This document shows positions 50,701 to 62,400 of a DNA stretch of 64,000 bases, piece by piece (position 1 is the first letter of the stretch; each line of letters opens with the position of its first letter). This DNA comes from Octopus bimaculoides (taxonomy: Eukaryota). A program made the translations under genes and the position numbers. The DNA lies in contig NC_068983.1 in NCBI RefSeq assembly GCF_001194135.2, positions 105,774,997-105,838,996 of the forward strand, given 5' to 3'. The notes below the pieces were generated by a model that made no database searches, was not told the origin of the DNA, and was given only the letters and a program-made list of their open reading frames with translations.

Positions 50701-53700
50701 TCCCCATCAAGTCCTCAGTCCTCTTATCAAACAGTATCACACCACACATTTCTCTCACCATTGCTCTCTCGGTCCTTCTCAAAACTACCATCTCTCTCTC
50801 TCCCTCAAACACCATACAGCATTGCAGCTCTCACACAAATCCTATAGACCTTTCCTTTCAACTTCAATGAGAACCTTTTCCCATGTAATAATGCTCCACA
50901 TTCCCTGAACTTCACCCAGCCAAGTCTTGCTCTTGCTGTCACAGATGCTTCACATCCACCACTTGCACCTACCCTTTCTCCCAAATAGCAAAACCCTCTC
51001 ACCGTCTCCACCTTGTCACATAGTGTTTCCACTAACTTCACCAGCCCTCCAGTTCCTTTCTCATGTCTCCCACAAACAAACTCTCTTGCCAGTCTTGTTG
51101 GTCTGTGGAGGATGGTTTAGGCATCCAGGTAGAATGTTGGCCTACCTGCTTGGCCAGTAAGGTAGCATCATTCTCCCTGAGAATTACATTGATGATGATG
51201 TACACATGTCTGTAGAGTGCTCAGCCACTTGCATGTTAATTTCACCAGCAGGGTGTTCTGTTGATTGGATCAACTGGAACACTCATCGTTTTAACTGGTG
51301 GGGTGCCTGTGTATTTTAAGAGTAACAAACATCTATATCTAAGGCTTCTATTGGTTAGTGGATCTATGTATCACATCTCATTGCTGAGCTGTCTACCTGT
51401 GTTACCATAGGACTACTCTATTAAAGTTGACTTGGGACTACTTAGCAACACCACCACTACTGCTTTCATCTTTATTAAAACCACTTCCATTAGTAGCACT
51501 GACAGCATCACCATCTCTGCAAGTCTTTACCAAATCCATTACTAACCACAGCTGCTGCCGCCACCACCACCACCACCACCACCACCACCACCACCACCAC
51601 CATCATCCCTACCACCTTCAATGCCAATGACTTTGTCATTCCTGTCAGTTCAGCTACTGCCAGTTTTAGCCCTACCACTAACTCCATCACTATCACTATT
51701 ATCGTCTTTACTGGGACCAATATTACCACCATCACCACCACCACCACCACCACCATCCACTTCACCAAGATCATTACTGTCATCATCTCTATCAATATCA
51801 CTACCATCAGTTTAATTGTTACTTTAGCTCACCAACTGTATTAATTGTTATACTTAATTTATTACTTGCAGGGTGATAAAATCAAGGTGGAGTTGTTTGA
51901 ATTGGCGAAGGAATTACCGCAGTTATTATGTGAGTTAACAAATGCTGTCAAATCACTCGACCCAGTTGCTGACTACTATAGGAATTTTATTGATTTCATT
52001 GTTGAAAGGTCAGTAATTTAGTAATTTAAACTAACATACAGGGAAAATGTTTTTAATGACCCTCTCATTTCCCTTAATTTGTATTTAACTTCTTACAGAC
52101 AAGACTCTGCTACACTACAATGCCAATCATCAAGGAAGCCACTACATGGCTATGTAATCTACCAGAAGTACAACCAAATCTCCCTCAAGCCACACCTTAA
52201 TTCTTAAAAAACAGAGACAACATTGGATGAATATAGTCATAGATTTATTATTTCTGCTAAGCTGCAGACAGGATGATCACTACTGAAATAGCTTTGATTT
52301 TAGGCCTGCTCAATTGGAGCTAACCAGGGCTAAGCAATGACCAATACTGTATATTGGAATGCACAGTATAATCCATAGCCAGCCCTGTGTATCAAATATC
52401 TGGTTTGTGGGTCATATATAATTAATTAAATTGATTGACTACCAAGGTGTCATAGGTTTGCTTGAGTAAGACTAACAGCATTTCACCCTGAATGTTCTGA
52501 ATTCAGATTCTGCCAAGGTTGACTTTGCCTTTCATCCTTTTCAGGGTCAATAAAATAAATACCAGTTGAACACTGGGGTCAATCCAATTGACTTACTCCC
52601 TCCCTGAAATTGCTGGTCTTGTGCCAAAATTCGAAATCAAAATACTCCAGGCCTAATTATGGTTTATAAGAAAAACACATTTTTTAAATGGTTATTTCAA
52701 TATTACACACACGAAAAAGATACCAGTGAAAGGTGTAAAACTACTTGAAGCAAACAGTGAAATGTTTTATAAGAGGCTTTATTTTTGTATGTTGTTGTTG
52801 AGTCTCATATTATTTTTTTGTTATGAAAGTCTTAAACAAGGTGAGAAGCCACTTTGTGTAAGGGATTATGAAGATGGAAACTTAGTAAGATTTACGATCA
52901 AATGCATTCCAGCTGTGATCACATCTCTTTTTTTTTATGAGGCAAGTGAAATCGAAATCTAACTAAATTTGTAGACTGGCACCCATGCTAACGTCTTCAT
53001 TGAACACTAAACTTGGCTTGCGAAGACCTGTTGGGGCAAGCGAAAACGAAATCGTGATGGCACCAGTACCAGTAAATCACTAAGAGCACTGTCTGAGCGT
53101 GATCATTGCCAGAGCACCAGCTGTCTGGCTTCCGTGCCGGTGGCACATAAATAGCACCATTTGAGCATGACCGTAACCAACATCGCCTTCCTGGCACTTG
53201 TGCCAGTGGCACGTGAAAAGACATTCGAGCAAGATCGTTGCCAGTGCCCCTGGACTGGCTCCTGTGCAGGTGGCACGTAAAATACACCATTTCAAGCGTG
53301 GCCGTTGCCAGTACCCCCTGACNNNNNNNNNNCCGTAACCAACATCGCCTTCCTGGCACTTGTGCCAGTGGCACGTGAAAAGACATTCGAGCAAGATCGT
53401 TGCCAGTGCCCCTGGACTGGCTCCTGTGCAGGTGGCACGTAAAATACACCATTTCAAGCGTGGCCGTTGCCAGTACCCCCTGACTGGCCTTCGTGCCAGT
53501 GGTACGTAAAAGCACCCACTACACTCTCTGAGTGGTTGGCGTTAGGAAGGGCATCCAACTGTAGAAACTCTGCCAGATCAGATTGGAGCCTGGTGTAGCC
53601 ATCTGGTTTCACCAGTCCTCAGTCAAATCGTCCAACCCATGCTAGCATGGAAAGCGGACATTAAACGATGATGATGATGATGATGATGATGAGTATATCT

Positions 53701-55410
53701 CAGACTACAATATCCAATGTGTCCTTCCTTTTGAGGTGATAAGATGTGATTTGAGAATAATTTGGTTGCTATTTATAGTAACTTAAGTGACAAGGTAGTG
53801 GCTTCCAAATTCTTTTTGGCACCATAATGTATAGCTGTTTCTTTTCTCTTTGTAGAAATGACTTTTCTGGAGATTCTCTATCTATGGTGAAGTTTATCAT
53901 CAACAAAGGCAACTGCAGTGTGTATGAATGGAGAACAGGTCAACCACCCATTACTATAATAGATGAGCATCAGCTAACCAATGAGGAACAAAACGACAAA
54001 CGTGCCCAAGATGATAGTGTAAATAATTTAAAGTCTGTCACATGTAAATTGGAATATGTATAGACATTATCGTCAGTGATATATATGTATATATATATTC
54101 TTTTATTCTTTTATTTGTTTCAGTCATTAGACTGCAGCCATGGTGGGGCATCGCCTTGAAGGATTTTAGTCAAAGGAATCAGCCCTAGTACTTTTTAATT
54201 TTTTTTAAAGCCTGGTACTTATTCTAGCAGTCTATTTTGCCAAACCGTTAAGTTACAAGGATATTAACACTCTGACACCGGTTGTCAAGTGTTCGTGGGG
54301 GACAGACACATACACAAACAACACACACACACACACACACACCTATATACTGCCTGGCCTTTGTGCCGGTAGCATGTAAAATCACCCACTACACTCGGAG
54401 TGGTTGGTGTTAGGAAGGGCATCCAGCTGTAGAAACTCTGCCAAATCAGATTGGAGCCTGGTGTAGCCATCTGGTTCACCAGTCCTCAGTCAAATCGTCC
54501 AACCCATGCTAGCATGGAAAGCGGACGTTAAACGATGATGATGATATATAATGGGCTTCTTTCAGTAGGATTAAACTTGGAACCATGTGGTTGGAAGGCA
54601 AGCTTCTTACCACACAGCTACTGATCAAACAGATTCCAAAAAGGCTGGTGTTGTTGTTTTGCATTGAAAAGACATATTAATTAGTAAAAATCAATAAAAA
54701 TAGTTGCCATGGAGAATGGAAGATCCAATGTTTTGAGCAAGGTCCTTCCTCAGAAAAAGTTGAAAGGAGAGAAATTAATGAGAGTCAGCAAAGTATTTTT
54801 TTTTTAAATCTAAGTTACAAAACTCTTTTGTCTCTCTTTTTATTTTCCTCCCTTATTTTCTCCTTTCAACTTTTCCCTTGAAGAAGGACTCTGTCTGAAA
54901 CATTGGATTTTCCATTCCTTATGGCAATTTCACTTTACTCTTTTTATTGATTTTACTGATATATATATTTTTTATCTTTCATCTTTTGTTTGTTTCAGTC
55001 ATTAGATAGTGGCCATGCTGGGGCACTGTCTTGAAGAATTTTTAGTTGAATGAATCAACCCCCTATACTTATCTTTTGAAGCCTTGTACTTATTCTATCA
55101 GTCCCTGTAACCAAACTGCTAAGTTACAGGGGCATAAACACATCAACACTGGTTATCAAGTGGTATTGGAGGACACACACACACACACAGAATTATTTTA
55201 GTTTGTTGTGTTTTTTTGTTCATTGTCCTGTATGTTCATTAGCTATTTTCAGTGACTTTCTACTTCTGGCACCACCAAAAGTGAACAATATCCACTTTAA
55301 AGGCGCAAAATTGTAAGGATGTTTTGAATGTTGATTGATGAGGAATTAGCTACGAATTTTCTGTTAGTTATTTCTGTGAAATTTTTTAAATACACACATA
55401 CACATACGTG

Positions 55411-55454
<44 letters not shown>

Positions 55455-58260
55455 ATAGGCTTCTTTCAGTTTCTGTCTGTCAAATCCACTCCCAAGGCTT
55501 TGGTCAGCCTGAGGTTATAGTAGAAGACTGTCCATGGTGCCATGCAGTGGGACTGAATCTGGAGTCATGGGGTAGGGAGCCAAAATTCTTACCATCCACT
55601 TTTCTGTGCTTGCAAAGGTCAGGTGGAGTTTATTGAGACAGATCTTCCTATGCCCAGAGACCCTTCCTGTCACCAACCATGACCTCTTCCAAGTAAGGTA
55701 ATATTTTCCCATAGTTAAGGCATACTTTTGCAGAATATGACAGTAATACTCATTTACAACTATCATGCAATGTCAAGGCAAGGGTAACACATACTCTCTC
55801 TCTCTTTTTCTCCTTTTATTTCCTGTCCGCCAAACCTACTCGTAAAGTTTTGGTTGGTCCTGGGTTACAGTAGGTTGAGAAGCAAAACTTTTCAGCCATG
55901 CAGCCATATATATTCACATATATATTTGGTTGAAGGAAACTGTATTTTCTTTTTACCCAAACCCAGGAACTTTTCAGTACCCCTTCATATTATAGCTATT
56001 TACAGTTAGGGACACTAAACTAGTGAGAATTCAATGTATACATTGCAGGCCTTCTTGAATGTAGATAACTGGAAGAATATTTATTTATACATTTGTCTGG
56101 GTTTTCACATTCTTTGATTTATTTCTCATATTTTAGATTGATTGGGGAAATATTGAAGAAAGCAATGAAGTTAATTTTGAAGATATTGATTTTGATATGT
56201 CCCAGATAACTGTAGAATCTTCTGAAAATAATGAGGTAGGATTACGTCTTCTTTTATTTTCATTTTCTGATCTTTTCTGAGTCTGCTATCTGTTGAGATT
56301 TTTTTTCTTATACCAAATAAAAATTATCTCAACTAGTTTGAAGAAAGTTCTTAGACTGTCAGCTATTTCACATAATTTCAAATTTTTTTAATGTTTTATA
56401 TTGTTTTTACTGCTTATTATAAACTGCTTGATTCTTAAGTAGGGGATACCTTGTTTTATGGGCAACATTTTTTTTTAACTTCAGAACCTTAATATTTCTA
56501 AAAATACATTTAACCCTTTAGTATTCAGATTCTGTCAAAAATAATGCTTATTTATTCACATTGTTTTGAATTAATCATGCAGTATCTTGTAGGTTCGAGA
56601 TTTTGATGATTGACATTGCAAGGTAGGTGTGAGATACCAGATCTGGTTGGTTTGAATACAAAACAGGTAGAATATTTGGGCCAGATATGACTGGTTTAAA
56701 AGCTAAATGAGTAATTGTGAAAAATGACTAATTCATAACTTTTTTTCTATTTTTCAATTAACTTTAACAGAAAAATGGTGAAATAGATTGGGGAGATGAC
56801 ACAGAAACCACTGATAAGACATCTAAAAAACATGCTAAAATTACAGGTTTGTATTCCCTTTGTTTGCATTTATCATCCCTAATCTTTGTCTCTAGTCCTG
56901 AATGCTAATCTTCGTCTCTAGTCCTGAATGCTAATCTTCGTCTCTAGTCCTGAATGTTACTGTGTAACACAATTTTTGTCCTTGGGCAACAACTGATATT
57001 TCCTATTTGCTTACCTCTAGAAAGTATGAATAATGGCTAATATTTCCTTCAAACTTTGCTTTTGTTGCATTTATTCAAACTCAAAAGAATCCCCCTTAAC
57101 ACACAGCTATGATGCTCTCCTAATACTCCTGCTCATGGTCAGAGATGCACATATTATCAGCCATGAAGAAACATGCTCAGCTGGTTAAAACCAAGCAACT
57201 GTGGTATTGAGCAGAATATTTGCTATAATGATATTTCTGCTTCAGCAATTCAGCACTGAATTTGAAACGTAATGGAAAATAGGTCAGTTTCAATACATTG
57301 ATGTCCAGGTCACAAAAGCAAAGCTTGAAGGGAATAGTAGTCATTTCCTTTGATTTCTAGATAGAAGCAAATAGGAAATAACACTTACTGACCAAAGACA
57401 AAAAAAGGAAAATAAAAATTTTGTTACACAGTCTAATTTATTAAAGGCAGATTTACAATATTCATTTTTGAAAGATGTTCATCTTGGAAGTACATTTCAC
57501 AGAGGAATGGTTTCCCTTTGATCCTTTTAACACCCAACTCCTAAAATCACCCCTAGTTCTATGATTCAAACTTCCTGTTTTCAAGTGATCTAAATTGAAA
57601 CCTTCCATAGTAAAGATTCCATGGTAATGTGTGTTTNNNNNNNNNNNNNNNNNNNNNNNNNNNNNNNNNNNNNNNNNNNNNNNNNNNNNNNNNNNNNNNN
57701 NNNNNNNNNNNNNNNNNNNNNNNNNNNNNNNNNNNNNNNNNNNNNNNNNNNNNNNNNNNNNNNNNNNNNNNNNNNNNNNNNNNNNNNNNNNNNNNNNNNN
57801 NNNNNNNNNNNNNNNNNNNNNNNNNNNNNNNNNNNNNNNNNNNNNNNNNNNNNNNNNNNNNNNNNNNNNNNNNNNNNNNNNNNNNNNNNNNNNNNNNNNN
57901 NNNNNNNNNNNNNNNNNNNNNNNNNNNNNNNNNNNNNNNNNNNNNNNNNNNNNNNNNNNNNNNNNNNNNNNNNNNNNNNNNNNNNNNNNNNNNNNNNNNN
58001 NNNNNNNNNCTCTCTTTCTCTCTCTCTCTCACACACACATGCCTGCATAAGGTTGCTCACCCTGCTAGAAATAGCAACCAAATCCTATCTTAAATAAAGA
58101 AGGACATATTGGACAATGAAATACTTAATGTACAATAAGATGGATGGTCATAGCTGAAATGTTTTTGACCATAAGTCTGCTTGATCTTGGCTTACATGGG
58201 TCTAAATAATAACATCATCACGTACAGATGAACATACCTGTGCGTGTGTGCGCACGCGAG

Positions 58261-58324
<64 letters not shown>

Positions 58325-59384
58325 TAAAATAATGATAAATTAAAGTAGGAAGATTAGATTAGTTATTTCCTCAGTTCTCACCATATCCTTGTGTGTGGAG
58401 TAGTGGAGGTGAGGGTGAAAGAATATTGGTTTGGCATTATAGGTAAGAACACAGACTTTCAAGCTTAACTGTTTCATTAATTTAGAAAATGGAGTAGCCC
58501 GAGGTAATGATGCCCTCACAGTTCTTGAGGCCCAGGATACAAGAAATTTGTTGATGGAAGACTTGATGGAGGTAAAAGTATTGTTTGTACTGTCTGTATA
58601 TTTAACCCTTTTACATTCATATTACTCTGACAAATTTAACACTTATCAATTCATTGTTTTGAATTAATCATGCAATATTTTAATTAATTAATATCCATAA
58701 TTGCCCACGGGCATATGGCGTAGTGGTTAAGAGCGCGGGCTACTAACCCCAAGATTCTGAGTTCAATTCACGGCAGCGACCTGATTAATAATAGTAACAA
58801 TAATAATAATATAATAATAGTAACATCGTTAGGAATGAGAACCCAGGTTTGAAAATTTCCCCAAGACGCCTGACGAAGGCTGGAGGGTATATCAGCCGAA
58901 ACGTTGTGTTAACAACAAACAAGATGAGGACAAATATCCATCAAAAGTAAATCATGTAAATAATATCTTATAGCTTTGAGATTTTAATGATGTGTTTGTT
59001 TATTTTTAGAATAACATTGCAGGGTAGGTGTGAGAGGCCAGTTGTGGCTGATTTGGCCATAAAACAAAGAGAACATTTTAGTCAGATATGGCTGGTTTAA
59101 ATGCTAAAGGTTTAAACAGTTCTTAGTCTAATGAATACAATTAATTTTTTTAATTTAAACAGTTCTTGTAGGAATATATAGAGCCACTCATTTCTGCTGA
59201 TTGCATATGTTTATTGATAAAATTTCAGTAGTGGCATTGTTTTTAGAATTTAACTGACAGAAAGGCAGTGTATTTCAGCAGAAAAACATGGGTCTAAATA
59301 ATAACATCGTGGCACCTTGGGCAAGTGTCTTCTATTATAGCCTCGTGAGTAGATTTGGTAGATGGAAACTGAAAGAAGCCTGTC

Positions 59385-59436
<52 letters not shown>

Positions 59437-62400
59437 CTGTGTTTGTCCCCCCAACATCGCTTGACAACCAATGGTGGTGTGTTTTCGTCCCTGTAACTTA
59501 GCAGNNNNNNNNNNNNNNNNNNNNNNNNNNNNNNNNNNNNNNNNNNNNNNNNNNNNNNNNNNNNNNNNNNNNNNNNNNNNNNNNNNNNNNNNNNNNNNNN
59601 NNNNNNNNNNNNNNNNNNNNNNNNNNNNNNNNNNATGTGCTAATTAAACTAATTTTAAAAATTTCTAGTTGATCAGAGTTTTACTTCCAAGAGACAAAGA
59701 ACTGGTTGAAATTAGATAAACAGTCTTTCAGATTATCTGAAAAATGTATTCATTGTATTTATTCAATGGATACCAACAGTACAAAAGAGACTGAAACAAT
59801 AAAGATTTTTTTTCTTTTTGAAATGGCTTAGGATATTTTTTAAATGAAAAGTAGACATACTATAGGTGCAGGCATGGCTGTGTGGATAAGAAACTTGCTT
59901 TGCAGCTAAATGGTTTTAGGTTCAATCCGATTTTGTAGCACCTTGTGCAAGTGTCTTCTACTATAGCTCCAGGCTATAGTGACTTGTGAGTGAATTTGTT
60001 AGATGGAAACTGTAGAAGCCTGTCATATATATGTGTGTCTATGTGTCTCTGTATTTGTGTATGGCCTCCCTATCACTATTTGACAACTGGTGTTGGTTTG
60101 CTTATATCCTTGTAACTTAGCAGATTTGCCAAAAGAGACCAACAGACTTAAAAAGAATAAGTACTGGGGTCGAGTTGTTCAATTAAACCCTTCAATGTGG
60201 TGCCCCAGCATGGTCGCAGCCCAATGACTGAAACAAGTAAAAGATAAAATGTGATCAATTGAATGATCCCTATTATATTATTAACACGTTTTATCTATTT
60301 TCGATGTATGAAAGGCAGTGTGAAGCTTGGTGAAATCAAAACTCATAAATTAAAGGCACTGAGCTTGGTACCATAGAAATCTATGTCTCTTGCGTCAGTG
60401 TCATTAAGCCAACACTGATGATTTGAGGAATGAGAAGTAGCAGTGAGTCAACTAGTATGATGCTAGGCCTCAGATGTGATTATATCAATTCTGTTATTGA
60501 GCTATCCAACTCTTATCATCATCATCATTTAACGTCCGCTTTCCATGCTAGCATGGGTTGGACGATTTGACTGAGGACTGGTGAAACCAGATGGCTACAC
60601 CAGGCTCCAATCTGATTTGGCAGAGTTTCTACAGCTGGATGCCCTTCCTAACGCCAACCACTCAGAGAGTGTAGTGGGTGCTTTTACGTGTCACCGGCAC
60701 GAAGGCCAGTCAGGGGGTACTGGCAACAGCCACGCTCAAAATGGTGTATTTTATGTGCCACCTGCACCAGAGCCAGTCCAGGGGCACTGGCAACGATCTT
60801 GCTCGAAAGTCCTTACACGTGCCACGGGCACAAGTGCCAGAAAGGCGACGCTGTGCATAGGTGCCATCACAATTTCGCTTTCGCTTGCCCCAACAGGTCT
60901 TTGCAAGCAGAATTTCGTATCCAATGAAGGAGACGACGTTGGCATGGGTGCCAGTCATTGAATTTAGTTCGATTTCGATAAAAAAGCATCATTATCATCC
61001 TCCTTTAATGTCCACTTTTCATGCTGGCTTAAGTTGGATGGTTTGACCACAACTAGCAAGCAGGAGAGCTGCACCAGTTCCTGAATGGGAAGGAAAAATG
61101 TACATTGAAATAATGCGACTGATTTGAAATCACTAATCTTGAAATAATTATTACCTTGTCAGTCTATGTAATATACCATATATGAATGTATTTATTTCCA
61201 CAGCTGCAATTTTTTCTCAACCAACGCTTAAATGAACTCCAAGAGCCTGTGAATACCCTGAGTATGAGTCAGTTTGAAAATGCATCACAGGATATCCTTC
61301 TGTCACCTCAAGAAATCTCTTCAATGATAAATCTAGTAAAAACAGCCTGGAACCTCTTTGCTTTAGAACACACAAAGCATTTATTGCAAATTAAACGATC
61401 TCCAAAGTAAGAACATGCCTTCGTTTTGTTGTTTCATTCTGTACATTCTATGCTAACATTCATCATCATCATCATACGTCCATTTTCCATGTTGACATGG
61501 GTTGGACATTTTATATATATATATATATATATATTACGGAGATGTACTTGCATAGCAAGTGACCTGATGCAGCACAGAATTTTGTCAGTGAACAGGTCGC
61601 AGTCTCAAAGCAACGAAAATATTTTGACAAATTAAATTTAAATGTTGAAGTGAATCTAATGGTCTTTGTGTGTTATTTCAAATGGCTTATAAACACCATC
61701 CACGCTGCAATTGTGTGTGTGTGTGTATATATATATGTATATATATATATACACATATTTAATCAAACTTTAATCTTGAAATTTGTATTTTTATCTCTGT
61801 TAGTTTCCTATAATTAGATGCTAAAACCATATATTAAGTTAGCTATCAACAAACATTTCACCTAAAAGGTATTTCTTTAGAATAAAATATTCATCATATT
61901 GCCTGAAAACTCTATCTGCTCTCAAGTGAAAAAGTAAATAGAGACAATTCGACATTTGATAGAGTTATCTACCTTATGTAAAATCGCCTGTTGTGATGTT
62001 ATATAATAGGCTCTGCTTGAGATGCTGAGAAAAATTTGTGGATGGTGTAAATATCAGGACAATATTCTGTAGCTCTGTATGTCACAGAAACTTCAGCAAG
62101 GTAAAAATTATCTCAGAAATTCATTCAACAAAAATACAGTTATAATATCATATGTGTTTGTTGAATAAGAGTGTGGAGATAATGTGAAAATTGAAGGACA
62201 TTGATAATCTTTGATTGGAAAAAAAAAAACAAGTCAGGAATGGTAGAATATGTATGGAGAAAATGTTTCTAGGTTTTAGAGAGTATCCTAAAAAATTTTG
62301 GTTACACGTCCCAGATATCATCTTCATCTGGTTATATCGGTGGAAGTTGTACAACCGTGAAATAGGAAGTATGTCTATTTTTAATCTTATTCACCTGTCA

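Noticed and set aside
49747-51173. ~77-bp direct repeats (49747 and 51097) as possible paired LTRs
   Set aside because: No TG/CA ends or TSD; they look like SINE tail fragments and the interval holds unrelated SINE, hAT and RTE pieces
51427-51815. Poly-His/Pro/Val ORFs
   Set aside because: Produced by (CAC)n repeats; no splice or homology support
52975-53060. HDV-like ribozyme at the 5' end of the RTE-tailed retroposon
   Set aside because: P2- and P4-like pairings and a CGAA are visible, but I could not build P1 and P1.1 consistently in both copies
53171-53484. Exact 152-bp tandem duplication
   Set aside because: The two copies abut a 10-N gap, typical of an unmerged contig overlap; the inverse copy at 60515-60956 has one unit
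31065-58097. Long ORFs containing X runs (31065-31649, 33684-34056, 47369-47846, 57559-58097)
   Set aside because: Length comes from N-gaps, not coding sequence
58709-58782. tRNA gene (also 62737-62812)
   Set aside because: A/B boxes present but no acceptor stem, and each is fused to a repeated body; these are SINE heads
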